Shown piece by piece: positions 17,825 to 28,740 of a DNA stretch of 64,000 nt. The notes below the pieces were generated by a model. That model was not told the DNA's origin, ran no database searches, and saw nothing but the letters and a program-made list of their open reading frames with translations. Both the position numbers and the translations under genes were made by a program. Numbering within the stretch: position 1 is the stretch's first letter; every line of letters starts with the position of its first letter. Source of the DNA: Myxococcales bacterium (GTDB taxonomy: Bacteria > Myxococcota > Myxococcia > Myxococcales > 40CM-4-68-19); contig DASQAS010000244.1 in assembly GCA_035635635.1 (NCBI GenBank), positions 23,690 through 87,689 on the forward strand, given 5' to 3'.

Positions 17825-18021
17825 GGGGCCATCCTCTACGCCGGGTCCGCGGCCGACTCAACCGCGAGACGAATCGCCGCTCCGCCGCTCGTCACGTCGC
17901 CTTCGAGGGGGCGGGCGCCGGAGCCGATCGAAATTCCTTCGACGCGGCGGCCAAAACGCGCGAAAGTGCCCCTGCGGATCCCGCCAGCCGTTATGCTGAC
18001 GCCGCGCGACTCTCCCCCTGA

Positions 18022-19068
<1,047 letters not shown>

Positions 19069-19084
19069 GACCGGTTACGTTACT

Positions 19085-19660
19085 ATGGACGCGGTGTTGA
19101 GCGAACTCGCCAGGGAGCGGCTCTGGGGCATCTACGTAGGTGAGGTCGGCCGCTGCCGCAAACGGGTCGACGAGCTGCGGGAGAAGTACCCCAGCGCCAG
19201 CTCGCAGGAGCTGACCCAGCGCCTGACCGACACCAAGAAGGCCTGGGCTTCCACCGGCGGCGCGGTGTCGGGGCTGTTCGGCCTCGCGCTGGTTCCCGCC
19301 GACCTTCTCTTCGTCACCGCGCTGCAGCTCACGCTGATCATGGAGATCGCGCTGGTGCACCGGGTGAACCTCAAGTCAGACCGGGCGCGCGACGAGGTGT
19401 TCGAGGTGCTCGGGTACTCCAACGGCGCCGACACGGTGAACCTGGCGGGCAGGGCCGGGCCGAAGGTGCTGGCCCGGGTGGCCGAGAAGCTCCTCACCAA
19501 GCGCGGTCTCGCGCAGCTCGGGCGCATCGTCCCGGTTCTCGCCTCGCCGGTGGTCGCGTACCTGAACAACCGCGATCTGCAGCGGGCGGGCGAGGCGGCG
19601 TCGCGCTTCTACGGCACCATCCGCCAGCTCCCCAAGCGCCGCACGGCGCCCGTGGCGTAG
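19085..19660 (+). CDS. Hypothetical protein (possibly EcsC-like)
   Basis: 191 aa, starting 16 nt after the mreB stop. Has a central hydrophobic stretch GGAVSGLFGLALVPADLLFVTALQLTLIMEIALV. The family assignment is uncertain. Confidence 0.55.
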   Translation: MDAVLSELARERLWGIYVGEVGRCRKRVDELREKYPSASSQELTQRLTDTKKAWASTGGAVSGLFGLALVPADLLFVTALQLTLIMEIALVHRVNLKSDRARDEVFEVLGYSNGADTVNLAGRAGPKVLARVAEKLLTKRGLAQLGRIVPVLASPVVAYLNNRDLQRAGEAASRFYGTIRQLPKRRTAPVA

Positions 19661-19681
19661 CCCCCTTACTCCCCACCCGGC

Positions 19682-19702
19682 GCGGCCTCCTGGAGAGGCT
19701 GC
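19682..19702. terminator. GC-rich hairpin between convergent genes
   Basis: GCGGCCTC-CTGGA-GAGGCTGC forms 8 bp including one G-U. No T-tract. Confidence 0.3.
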
Positions 19703-19772
19703 AGCCAGACGGCGAGCGCTGAGAGCGCCAATCGTGCTGGTGCTCGTGCTTGACCATTGCGCGGACAGCTTC

Positions 19773-20531
19773 CTAGTTCGACCGGACGTTCGCGGCCAGG
19801 AACTTCAGCGTCTTGTTCCAGGCGTCCTTCGCGGCTTCGCCGTTGTACCGGCCGCCGGACGGATTGGCGAACGCATGGTCCGCGTCGTAGGCGTGGAACT
19901 CGTGCTTCACCTTGGCCTCGGTCAGCGCCTTGTCGAAGGCGGCGACCTTGTCGGGCGTGATCGACTTGTCCTTGTTCGCCCAGATGCCCAGCACCGGCCC
20001 GCGCAGCGCCTTCAGCTTCGAGGGATCGGTGACGGGCATGCCGTAGTAGATGATGGTGGCATTCACGTCCTTGGGATCGTTGAGCGAGGCCTTGAGCGAC
20101 TCGCCGCCGCCCATGCACCATCCGATGATCGCGACCTTCGCGCCCTGCGCGTTCTGCTTCAGCCACTCCACGCCGGCCTCCTCGACCTGATCGGTCCAAT
20201 CCTCCACCCTCGCCTGCATCAGCGCCGCCGCCTGCTGGGGATCGGTCGCGACCTGTCCCTTGTAGAGATCGACGGCGAGCGCGAGGTAGCCCTCCTTGGC
20301 GAGCAGGTCGGCCTGGTGCTTCACCCAGTCGTTCAGGCCCCACCACTCGTGGATCACCAGCAGCGCTGCCTGGGGCTTGCCCTGCGGCTTCGCCACGTAC
20401 GCGTCAGAGGTCTCGCTGCCGGCCTTCAGCTTGGTCATCGACCCGGCGGGCTTCGGCGCGTTGGCGTCGAGGACTCCGCCGTCATGCACGTGTGCCTGCG
20501 CGATCAGGGCTGCTGCGACGAGAGCGATCAT
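19773..20531 (-). CDS. Dienelactone hydrolase family protein
   Basis: 252 aa: LLVIHEWWGLN, the nucleophile motif GWCMGG, and a C-terminal HAF. Confidence 0.85.
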   Translation of the reverse strand: MIALVAAALIAQAHVHDGGVLDANAPKPAGSMTKLKAGSETSDAYVAKPQGKPQAALLVIHEWWGLNDWVKHQADLLAKEGYLALAVDLYKGQVATDPQQAAALMQARVEDWTDQVEEAGVEWLKQNAQGAKVAIIGWCMGGGESLKASLNDPKDVNATIIYYGMPVTDPSKLKALRGPVLGIWANKDKSITPDKVAAFDKALTEAKVKHEFHAYDADHAFANPSGGRYNGEAAKDAWNKTLKFLAANVRSN

Positions 20532-20534
20532 GCG

Positions 20535-21212
20535 TCACCTCGCGGAATAGACCGTCGGGTCCGGAACGCCGGCGGCGCGAAAGCCTTGCGCCCGCAGCCG
20601 GCAGGAATCGCAGCGGCCGCATGCGCGGCCCTGCGCGTCGGGGTCGTAGCACGAATGAGTCAGGCCGTACGGGACGCCCAGGCGTACGCCGAGCTGGATG
20701 ATCTGCGCCTTGCCGAGCGATAGCAAAGGCGCGTGGATCCGGTAGCGGGCGCGGCCTTCGACCGCGGCCGCGGTAGCGACGTTGGCCAGCCGCTCGAACG
20801 CCTCGATGAACGCAGGGCGGCAGTCGGGATACCCCGAGTAGTCGATGGCGTTCACGCCGATGTAGAGGTCCTCGGCGCCCAGCGTCTCCGCGTAACCCAG
20901 GGCGAGCGCGAGCAGCGCGGTGTTCCGCGCAGGCACGTAGGTGACCGGGATGGTCCCGCCGATCGGCGCGTCCTTCGGGACCTCGAGCTCGCCGGTGAGC
21001 GCCGACCCGCCGATGGCCCGCAGGTCCAACGACACGACCTTGAGCGGCGCGCCCAGGGCCTGTGCGACACGCTCCGCGGCGGCCAGCTCGTGCTGGTGTC
21101 GTTGGCCGTACCGGACCGCCAGCGCGTGAGGCGCGAAGCCCTCTTCCTTCGCGAGGGCCAGGCAGGTGCTGGAGTCGAGACCGCCCGAGAAGAGGACCAC
21201 GGCCGGCCGCAT
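20535..21212 (-). CDS. queC: 7-cyano-7-deazaguanine synthase QueC
   Basis: ATG 21212 ([15 protein letters not shown]). Zn-binding C-terminus CYDP..CGRCDSC. Confidence 0.9.
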   Translation of the reverse strand: MRPAVVLFSGGLDSSTCLALAKEEGFAPHALAVRYGQRHQHELAAAERVAQALGAPLKVVSLDLRAIGGSALTGELEVPKDAPIGGTIPVTYVPARNTALLALALGYAETLGAEDLYIGVNAIDYSGYPDCRPAFIEAFERLANVATAAAVEGRARYRIHAPLLSLGKAQIIQLGVRLGVPYGLTHSCYDPDAQGRACGRCDSCRLRAQGFRAAGVPDPTVYSAR

Positions 21213-21775
21213 CAGAAGGGCGTTCCCGAGATGGCGTAGGTGACCGTGCAGGGCATGGTGCAGACGCACGGCGGGCCGCCGCCGGCGTCGATGATGCCGT
21301 CGGCCAGCGTCGCGTTCAGCCCGCTGACCGGAGGCAGGCCGCCGTCGGGCAAGAGCGCGAACGGGGTGGGCAACAGGTAGCCGTCCAGCGATTCCGAGAC
21401 GGCGAGATCACATTCGCAGAGCGTTCCCTGGGCCGCCACGCTATCGCCGACGAAATGGAAGCCGCCGTCCGGCAGCAGATCGCTCTTGCGCGCGCCGCCT
21501 TTGCCGGGCACGAGCAGCTGGAGCTGGGTTCCCGCATCCGGTCCCGAGGCCACGCACAGCGTGGACCCCTTCACCCCGGCGTCATCGAGCGTCAGGTTCC
21601 AGACCGCTCCGTCCGGGGGGCGCGCCACGCATTCCCCGGCGTCGCGGTGGATGGCCGTGAACGCGAGCGAGTACTGGCCCACCAGCGTGGTGTTGGGAGG
21701 ACACTGCAGCCCGCTCTCCTCGGGGCAGGCGGCAGTCAGCGTCAGGAAAAGCAGCGGGATCGGCGTGCGCATCAA
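21212..21775 (-). CDS. Hypothetical lipoprotein
   Basis: [17 protein letters not shown] lipobox and a Cys-rich 187 aa. Start/stop overlaps with both neighbours. Confidence 0.6.
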   Translation of the reverse strand: MMRTPIPLLFLTLTAACPEESGLQCPPNTTLVGQYSLAFTAIHRDAGECVARPPDGAVWNLTLDDAGVKGSTLCVASGPDAGTQLQLLVPGKGGARKSDLLPDGGFHFVGDSVAAQGTLCECDLAVSESLDGYLLPTPFALLPDGGLPPVSGLNATLADGIIDAGGGPPCVCTMPCTVTYAISGTPF

Positions 21776-22428
21776 TTGGGGGCCTGGGCGCCGGAGGTGG
21801 TGCGCGCGAGCGCCGCGGCCGCGGCCTGGATCGCCAGGTCGAGGCGCTGGCCGGCGTCCACCGCCTCGAGCACGGCCTGCCGCTCGCGCGGGTTGGCGAG
21901 CAGGGCACCGGCCACGATGTCGGCGACGTCCCCGGGCTCGCTCGCGCGGGTGGCGAGTTGCGCCAGGGCCTGCATCTCCTCGTTGCGCAGGGCGGCGGAA
22001 AGCGCGAGGACCAGCCGCTTCAGATCGCCCGCCTTGCCGGCGTCGGTCGGGTCCTGGCGCGAGACCAGCGGGGTCGCGCGCACCAGGCGATAGGGCTCGC
22101 GGGTGGGCAGCTCCTCCTCGATCCGCGCCCGCTGGACGCCGCGCAGCACGATGTTGAACCGGCCGTCGGCCAGCGGGTCGACGCGGGCCAGGATGCCCAC
22201 GCCGATCACCGGGAGAACCCGGGGCGGCTTCTCCGCCGCCGCGCGATCGTCGGGGATGTTGGCGAGCGCGAGCGCGCGCAGGCCCGCCTCGCAGTCCCGC
22301 GTCATCTTGCGGTAGCGCGGCTCGAAGATGTGCAGCGGGACGAGGGCGTGCGGGAGCAGCACCGCGCCCGGCAGCGGGAAGATCGGAATCCGTGGCAGGG
22401 CCTTTTTGACCCGGTCCGCGTCGTCCAT
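21772..22428 (-). CDS. LON N-terminal substrate-binding domain protein
   Basis: ATG 22428 (MDDADRV). IPIFPLPGAVLLPHALVPLHIFEPRYR is the LON_substr_bdg signature. Confidence 0.75.
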   Translation of the reverse strand: MDDADRVKKALPRIPIFPLPGAVLLPHALVPLHIFEPRYRKMTRDCEAGLRALALANIPDDRAAAEKPPRVLPVIGVGILARVDPLADGRFNIVLRGVQRARIEEELPTREPYRLVRATPLVSRQDPTDAGKAGDLKRLVLALSAALRNEEMQALAQLATRASEPGDVADIVAGALLANPRERQAVLEAVDAGQRLDLAIQAAAAALARTTSGAQAPN

Positions 22429-22451
22429 GCCGCGGGAGCCTACTACACCTT

Positions 22452-24875
22452 TCAGGCGGCTTTGGCGGTCGCGCGTTGGGTCTCGGCGACGCGGATCCCC
22501 GCCTCGATGCGCATGCCGTAGAAGCTTCGCCAGACGAAGACCACTGACACCGCGAAGAAGATGGCCGCCAGCAGGAGCCGCGTGCTGGTCTGCATCTCCG
22601 TGGCGAGCTCCACCGCGAGAAGGCCGAACAGCGTGGTGAACTTGATGATCGGGTTCATCGCCACGCTGGAGGTGTCCTTGAAGGGGTCGCCCACCGTGTC
22701 GCCCACCACGGATGCGGCGTGCAGCGGCGTGCCCTTCGCCTTCAGCTCCACCTCGACCACTTTCTTGGCGTTGTCCCAGGCCCCGCCGGCGTTGGCCATG
22801 AAGATGGCCTGGTAGAGGCCGAAGGCGGCGATCGAGATCAGGTAGCCGATGAAGAAGTAGCTCTCCAGGCAGGAGAAGGCGAGGGTGGAGAAGAAGACCA
22901 CCAAGAAGATGTTCCACATCCCGCGCTGCGCGTATTGCGTGCAGATCTCCACCACCTTCTTGGAGTCGGCGATGGATGCCTTGGTGGCGCCCTCCAGCTT
23001 GATGTTCGCCTTGATGAACTCCACCGCGCGGTAGGCGCCGGTGGAGACCGCCTGGGTGGAGGCGCCGGTGAACCAGTAGATCACCGCGCCACCGGTGATC
23101 AGGCCGAGCAGGAAGGGCGCGTGCAGGATGGTGAGGTATTGCATGTTCGCGCGCAGGCCGTCGGTGAGCACCATGATGATGGAGAAGATCATGGTGGTGG
23201 CGCCCACCACCGCGGTGCCGATCAGCACCGGCTTGGCGGTGGCCTTGAAGGTGTTTCCGGCGCCGTCGTTCTCCTCCAGGAAGTGCTTGGCCTTCTCGAA
23301 GGAGGGCTCGAAGCCGAAGTCCCGCTTCACCTCCGCCTGGATGCCGGGAATGGTCTCGATCACCGACAGCTCGTACACGGATTGGGCATTATCGGTCACC
23401 GGTCCGTAGCTATCTACGGCGATCGTGACTGGACCCATCCCCAGGAAGCCGAAGGCGACCAGGCCGAAGGCGAACACCGCCGGCGCCAGCATCACCTGGC
23501 CCAGACCCTGGGTGGAGACCAGGTAGCCGATCCCCATCAGGACGACGATGACGATTCCCATCCAGTAGGCGCTGAAGTTGCCCGCGACCAGGCCGGAGAG
23601 GACGTTGAGCGAGGCGCCCCCTTCGCGGCTCGCCGTCACCACCTCCTTCACGTGGGCCGAGCTCGTCGAGGTGAAGACCTTCACCACCTCCGGGATGATC
23701 GCGCCGGCCAGCGTGCCCGCGGTGATGATCAGCGAGAGCTTCCACCACATGCTGGTGTCGCCGCCCAGGTTCGGGATCAACAGGTAGCTGACCACGAAGG
23801 TGAGGACCACCGAGACCACCGAGGTCAGCCACACCAGGAAGGTGAGCGGCGCCTCGAAGTTCATCCGGTCGGCGTTCGAGTAGCGGGCCTTGGCGATCGC
23901 CTCGTTGATCAGGTACGAGCCGACCGAGGCGATGATCATCATGATGCGCATCGCGAAGATCCAGACCAGGAGCTGCACTTGGACCTTCGGGTCGTGCACG
24001 GCGAGCAGGATGAAGCTGATCAGCGCGACGCCGGTGACGCCGTAGGTCTCGAATCCGTCGGCGGAGGGTCCCACCGAGTCGCCGGCGTTGTCGCCGGTGC
24101 AATCGGCGATCACGCCGGGGTTGCGCGCGTCGTCCTCCTTGATGTTGAAGACGATCTTCATCAGGTCGCTGCCGATGTCCGCGATCTTGGTGAAGATGCC
24201 GCCCGCGATGCGCAGCGCGCTGGCGCCCAGCGACTCGCCGATGGCGAAGCCGATGAAGCAGGGGCCGGCATAGTCGACCGGCACGAAAAGGAGGATGCAG
24301 AGCATCATCAGGAGCTCGATGCTGATCAGCATCGTGCCGATGGACATGCCCGCCTTGAGCGGGATGGCGTAGGTGGGGAATGGCTTCCCCTTCAGCGAGG
24401 CGAACGCGGTCCGCGAGTTCGCGAACGTGTTCACCCGGATGCCGAACCAGGCCACGCCGTAGCTGCCGGCGATTCCCAGCAGGCTGAAGACGAGGATGGT
24501 GATGACCTTGGCCGGCTCGAAATGCCGCAGCCACCCGAAGTACACCACCATGATCACGCCGATGAACGCCTCGAGGATGAGGATGAACTTCCCCTGGGTG
24601 ATCAGGTACGTCTTGCAGGTCTCGTAGATCAGCTCGGAGACCTCGAGCATCGACTTGTGGACCGCGAGCTTCTTGAGCTGGCCGAAGATCACCATGCCGA
24701 AGATGAGGCCGAGGGCGCAGACGACCAGGCCGGCGAGGAGGAGCTGCCGGCCGGATATCCCGAGGAAGCTGACGCTGCCCAGGTCGGGCAGGATCAGCTT
24801 CGCCTCGTCGGCGCGGGCTGCGATCGGCAGGCAGAGAACGGCGACGGCGGTCAGAGTGCGAGTGATCTTCTGCAT
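22452..24875 (-). CDS. hppA: Membrane-bound proton/sodium-translocating pyrophosphatase
   Basis: ATG 24875 (MQKITRTL), about 807 aa. Motifs DCTGDNAGD and GDTVGDPFKD. GNTFKATAK carries the Lys associated with K+-independent enzymes. Confidence 0.9.
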   Translation of the reverse strand: MQKITRTLTAVAVLCLPIAARADEAKLILPDLGSVSFLGISGRQLLLAGLVVCALGLIFGMVIFGQLKKLAVHKSMLEVSELIYETCKTYLITQGKFILILEAFIGVIMVVYFGWLRHFEPAKVITILVFSLLGIAGSYGVAWFGIRVNTFANSRTAFASLKGKPFPTYAIPLKAGMSIGTMLISIELLMMLCILLFVPVDYAGPCFIGFAIGESLGASALRIAGGIFTKIADIGSDLMKIVFNIKEDDARNPGVIADCTGDNAGDSVGPSADGFETYGVTGVALISFILLAVHDPKVQVQLLVWIFAMRIMMIIASVGSYLINEAIAKARYSNADRMNFEAPLTFLVWLTSVVSVVLTFVVSYLLIPNLGGDTSMWWKLSLIITAGTLAGAIIPEVVKVFTSTSSAHVKEVVTASREGGASLNVLSGLVAGNFSAYWMGIVIVVLMGIGYLVSTQGLGQVMLAPAVFAFGLVAFGFLGMGPVTIAVDSYGPVTDNAQSVYELSVIETIPGIQAEVKRDFGFEPSFEKAKHFLEENDGAGNTFKATAKPVLIGTAVVGATTMIFSIIMVLTDGLRANMQYLTILHAPFLLGLITGGAVIYWFTGASTQAVSTGAYRAVEFIKANIKLEGATKASIADSKKVVEICTQYAQRGMWNIFLVVFFSTLAFSCLESYFFIGYLISIAAFGLYQAIFMANAGGAWDNAKKVVEVELKAKGTPLHAASVVGDTVGDPFKDTSSVAMNPIIKFTTLFGLLAVELATEMQTSTRLLLAAIFFAVSVVFVWRSFYGMRIEAGIRVAETQRATAKAA

Positions 24876-24949
24876 AGGGGCGTACGACTCCACCAAAGTT
24901 TTCGGGGCGCGCAAAATAGAGGGATTTGTTGGACAAGTAAAGCCAGATT

Positions 24950-25034
24950 TCAAGCGTGTTCCCGCTAGGCCGCTGCGGCCGAAGGCCGCTTTGCGGCTAA
25001 GCAGTTGCGCCTACGCCTTTGCTGCGTGTTCCCG
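24950..25034. repeat. REP-like GC-hairpin element, copy A (compound copy)
   Basis: TCAAGCGTGTTCCCG-CTAGGCCGCTGCGGCCGAAGGCCGCTTTGCGGCTAAGCAGTTGCGCCTACGCCTTTGCTGCGTGTTCCCGAG. It shares modules with the copies at 42691, 48462, 59390 and 63855. Confidence 0.8.
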
Positions 25035-25038
25035 AGCC

Positions 25039-25611
25039 CTACCTGCTCGCGGTCGTAGTCCCCGAAGGCCCGCTCTCGCGCGAGAGCGCCGCGAAGTTGA
25101 TGTTCGCGAACCCGCTCTGGTTGCACGCGAACATCACCCGCTTGATCACCTTGAAGGGGATCCGCCGATCCGCCTGCACGTTCACCAGCCCCCGGAAGGG
25201 ATGGTCGGGATCGTCCGCGTGGATGGTCTCGTACCGCCGCTTCTCGTCGCGCAGCACGTCCTCCAGCTCGGGGACGCCCAGGGCGTCGCCCTTGGCCAGG
25301 TCCACGGTGTTCAGCAACATCCGGCCGTCGAAGGTCACCGCTTCCGCCGAGACCGAGATCACCGGCGCGCGCTCGAGCTGCGCCCCGTGGTACGCGTCGG
25401 GCAGCCGGATGTCCTTGGACATGTAGAGCACTTCGCCGTTCGCGCTGAAGTTCATCAGGAGGAAGATGACGATGATGGTCATCACGTCCACCAGCGAGGT
25501 GAGCGTGAGCGCCGCGTAGACGCCGCGCTTGGCCCGCTGGAACTTCTTCCCGAGGACCTTGCTCTGCGCGATCCGGTCGCAGGGACGCTTGCCTGGAATG
25601 ACGATGGCCAT
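25039..25611 (-). CDS. exbD: ExbD/TolR-family biopolymer transport protein
   Basis: 190 aa with a single TM carrying the conserved Asp (LTSLVDVMTIIVIFLL). Confidence 0.8.
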   Translation of the reverse strand: MAIVIPGKRPCDRIAQSKVLGKKFQRAKRGVYAALTLTSLVDVMTIIVIFLLMNFSANGEVLYMSKDIRLPDAYHGAQLERAPVISVSAEAVTFDGRMLLNTVDLAKGDALGVPELEDVLRDEKRRYETIHADDPDHPFRGLVNVQADRRIPFKVIKRVMFACNQSGFANINFAALSRESGPSGTTTASR

Positions 25612-25621
25612 GGCCGTCCCC

Positions 25622-26086
25622 CTAGTTCACCGGCGCAACGGTCACGTTGCGCAGCTTCTCGCCCATCGCCGTGTCCACGGTCTCCACCAGGTCCGCGTAC
25701 GCCACCGAGTCCTCCGGCTGCACGGTGATTGCGGTCTGGTCGGGGAGGCTCGTCTTCAGCGTCCTCAGCTTCTCGCCCAGCGACTTGCGGTCGAAGGCCC
25801 CGTTGACCTTGGGGATGTCGATGTTCGCCCCGGCCATGGTCAGCTGGTAGCCCTTGTCGTTCAGGAGCAGCCTCACGTCGATGGTGGTCTCCTGCCGGGT
25901 CTGCTGCTCCGGCGGTCCTCCGCTGCTGGAGATCTGAAGACCGGCGATCTGGGTCCAGACCGCCGTGATCAGGAGGAAGCTGATGCAGCAGGAGAGCAGG
26001 TCGATGAACGGCACGAGGTTCAACTCGGCGTCCAGCGACTTCTTCCCGCCTTTTCCGGTGTGTTCTTGTGGCGCCGCCCCAGCCAT
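25622..26086 (-). CDS. exbD: ExbD/TolR-family biopolymer transport protein
   Basis: 154 aa: LNLVPFIDLLSCCISFLLI (TM Asp). Confidence 0.8.
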   Translation of the reverse strand: MAGAAPQEHTGKGGKKSLDAELNLVPFIDLLSCCISFLLITAVWTQIAGLQISSSGGPPEQQTRQETTIDVRLLLNDKGYQLTMAGANIDIPKVNGAFDRKSLGEKLRTLKTSLPDQTAITVQPEDSVAYADLVETVDTAMGEKLRNVTVAPVN

Positions 26087-26114
26087 GGTGGTCTCTCCCT
26101 CGCCTTCCGGTCGC

Positions 26115-26786
26115 CTACTGCTGCGGCAGGTTGGCGGGGATCCGCATCTTGTCCTTGTTGGCCACGATCAGGTTCAGCACGCCGACCGACGTCTCGTTGA
26201 TGTCGTCGATCATGTGCTGGGTGCGGCCCTGCAGGAGCGAGAAGGCCACCAGCGAGGGGATCGCGACGATCAGGCCGAACGCGGTGCAGTTCATGGCTTC
26301 GGCGATGCCGTCCGAGAGCACCCGCGCCTTCTCGCTGGCGTCCACGCCGGCAACGCCCGCGAAGCACTGGATCAGGCCCACGATGGTGCCGAGGAGGCCG
26401 ACCAGGGTCGCGACGTTGCCGATCATCGCCAGGTACCCGGTGCGCTTCTCGATGCGCGGCATCTCGCGCAAGGAAGCCTCGTCCATGGCCGCCTGCACCT
26501 CGTCCTCGCCCTTGGGGACGTTGATCAGGCCGGCCTTCACGATGTTGGTGAGCGGCGTCGCCTTCTGGCCGGCGGCGTAGCTGATCGCCTTGTCCAGGTC
26601 GCCGTTGAAGATATGGGTCTTCAGCCCGCGCAGGAACTGGTCCTTGTCCACGCTGGCGGAGAAGAACAGAACCCCGATGCGATCGATGATGACAGCGACC
26701 GCGAACACGAGGCAGATCGCGATCGGGTACATGCCGAAGCCGCCGCCCTTCCAGTGATGCGCGATCGTCTCGAAAATCGAGCTCAT
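26115..26786 (-). CDS. exbB: MotA/TolQ/ExbB proton-channel protein
   Basis: ATG 26786 (MSSIFETIAHHW). C-terminal LAMIGNVATLVGLLGTIVGLI..GIAEAMNCTAFGLIVAIP. Confidence 0.85.
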   Translation of the reverse strand: MSSIFETIAHHWKGGGFGMYPIAICLVFAVAVIIDRIGVLFFSASVDKDQFLRGLKTHIFNGDLDKAISYAAGQKATPLTNIVKAGLINVPKGEDEVQAAMDEASLREMPRIEKRTGYLAMIGNVATLVGLLGTIVGLIQCFAGVAGVDASEKARVLSDGIAEAMNCTAFGLIVAIPSLVAFSLLQGRTQHMIDDINETSVGVLNLIVANKDKMRIPANLPQQ

Positions 26787-26858
26787 TTGTTTTCCCGTCC
26801 CCTGCCGAAAAGTTTCGCGGCCAACCGTGGCCGCCCGTTTTCCCAATCTGGGTGCCGC

Positions 26859-26873
26859 TTGCCGAATCGGCAA
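26859..26873. promoter_or_regulatory. Perfect 7-1-7 palindrome TTGCCGA-A-TCGGCAA in a divergent promoter region (operator candidate)
   Basis: Read directly from the sequence. It lies 73 nt upstream of the exbB ATG and 104 nt upstream of ATG 26977. Confidence 0.3.
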
Positions 26874-26976
26874 TCGGGCGCTTCCTCCCGCTCGCCGGCA
26901 CCCCTCGCCGCTGGCAACCATTCGCAGGAAGCGGGCCAGCCCGGCGCGTTTGCGCTGTGTTAGGTTCCGCGCTCCG

Positions 26977-28740
26977 ATGGCCCGCGAGGTGACCTTTCCC
27001 AGGACCCGGCACGTCGCGCTGTCCGGAGTCGAACAGGCCGCGGAGGCGAAAGCGGCGGGAAGCGAAGCGATTCTCGTTCCCATCCGGGCAGCTGCGGACG
27101 CCACCCCGCCTCCCGGCGTCCCGCTGCCCCCGCCGGCCGAGCCGGGCGCGCCCGGGGTGCCCGAGAAGGGGGCGTTGCCGGCGGCCGCGCAGGTGCCGGC
27201 GCTCGCCGCCGGTACCGAGCCGGCCGCGCCGCAGACGCGCGTCCTGCCCTGGGTGATCTCGGTCGACGTCTCCGAGCCTGCGACCGATGTGGACCGCTGC
27301 AAGACCCTGGACGGGAGCCCCGCGCCGGTGCGCTGTCCCTCTTCGCTGGAGGGCCGCGAGGTGGCCGGGCTGCTCGCCGAACGCGCCGCCCTGGCAGGTG
27401 AGGCGGTGCTGCTGGCGGGCCTCGACCGCTGGTACCAGCTCCGTCCGGAGGGATCCGGATACTGCAAGAGCTGCGGATTCGCCCTGATCGAGAACATCCG
27501 CGAGGTCTTCGGCGACCACTTCGAGCCGTACGAGGCGCTGGAGGAGTTCCGCTCCTCCGCGCTCCCGCTCCGCGAGCGCCCTTTCGCGCGACAGAAGGAA
27601 GCGCTGCGCCTGACGGAGCCCCTCGAAGCCGCCAAGCGCGCGATCCTGCGCGCGCGCGACGAGGCGCGGCGGAAGCGGAGCGTGGAGATCGCGGTGCTGG
27701 GCCGGGTCGGATCCCTGTCGGCGCTGGGCCTCGAGCTTTGCGCGCACCTCGACGGCCTGGTGTTCGATCTGCCGGTCGGCGACCCCTATCTGGCGCTGTT
27801 GCCGCTTCTGGCAGCGCGCGCTGCGCTCGGCCTGCGGCCGGCGATCGCCTTGTTGCCCGCGACGGTCACGCCGGCGCAGGTCAGCCTCTACGCGGCCCTG
27901 GCCGCGGCGAGCGACGCGGACGTCCTGCTCGCGGACGACGCCCCGGCGGACGCCCGGGCCGCGCTGGCCCGGCACAGGCAGTTCCTCTCGCTGGTCCGGG
28001 AGCGCTACCGTCCGTCGGCCCCGCTCTTCGACGTGGAGGTGCTGCTCTCTCCCCGCTGCGAGCACTGGACGGGCGGAGCGCACCAGCGCGCCTGCTCGAC
28101 GGCCGTGATCGCGCTGACCAAGGCGCAGCTCCAGCCGGCGGTGCGCCTCGATCTCGCGGGCGGCGTCGAGGCGCGCCTCCTGGTGCTGGCGGGAGCCGGG
28201 GGCATTCCGGCGGCCGACGCCGCGGCCGCGCGCCGGTATGCCGAGGGTGGCGGCGACGTGCTGCTGATCGGCAAGTGCCTGCCGGTCGACGAGGAGGGCC
28301 GGATCGGCGATCCCGTTTTCCCCGAGGTGAAATCGGGCCTCGAGCCGGTGGGCGAGGGCCGCGTCTACGCGCTGGACGACGGGGCGCAGGAGCCGGCCAT
28401 CACGCGGTCGTTGCGCGAGCTTTCCGGGCGGGGGCGGGCGCAGATCACGCTCTCGGGGCGGGGGAAGCTGCTTTCACGCGCGTACCTCGACCCGGAGCGG
28501 AAACTGGACGTCCACTTCGTCAACCTCGACCTGCAGAACGAGGGGTTCGTGCCGGCGCAAGGCGTCCAGGTGACCATCGCGGGACAGGCGGCGGGCGGCG
28601 GGCGCGCCGCGTACTGGTTCGCCCCGGAGCGGAGCGGGGGGAAGGACGGGGAAAGGATCACCTTGAACCCGTCCGGATTTTCCGTCTCGACGATCCTGCC
28701 CAGCGTGAGCTCGCACGCGCTGCTGGCCATACCGCGGTAG
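26977..28740 (+). CDS. Hypothetical protein, 587 aa
   Basis: ATG 26977 (MAREVTFPRT). GC3-rich throughout, with a Pro/Ala-rich N-terminal region. No family motif recognised. Confidence 0.55.
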   Translation: MAREVTFPRTRHVALSGVEQAAEAKAAGSEAILVPIRAAADATPPPGVPLPPPAEPGAPGVPEKGALPAAAQVPALAAGTEPAAPQTRVLPWVISVDVSEPATDVDRCKTLDGSPAPVRCPSSLEGREVAGLLAERAALAGEAVLLAGLDRWYQLRPEGSGYCKSCGFALIENIREVFGDHFEPYEALEEFRSSALPLRERPFARQKEALRLTEPLEAAKRAILRARDEARRKRSVEIAVLGRVGSLSALGLELCAHLDGLVFDLPVGDPYLALLPLLAARAALGLRPAIALLPATVTPAQVSLYAALAAASDADVLLADDAPADARAALARHRQFLSLVRERYRPSAPLFDVEVLLSPRCEHWTGGAHQRACSTAVIALTKAQLQPAVRLDLAGGVEARLLVLAGAGGIPAADAAAARRYAEGGGDVLLIGKCLPVDEEGRIGDPVFPEVKSGLEPVGEGRVYALDDGAQEPAITRSLRELSGRGRAQITLSGRGKLLSRAYLDPERKLDVHFVNLDLQNEGFVPAQGVQVTIAGQAAGGGRAAYWFAPERSGGKDGERITLNPSGFSVSTILPSVSSHALLAIPR

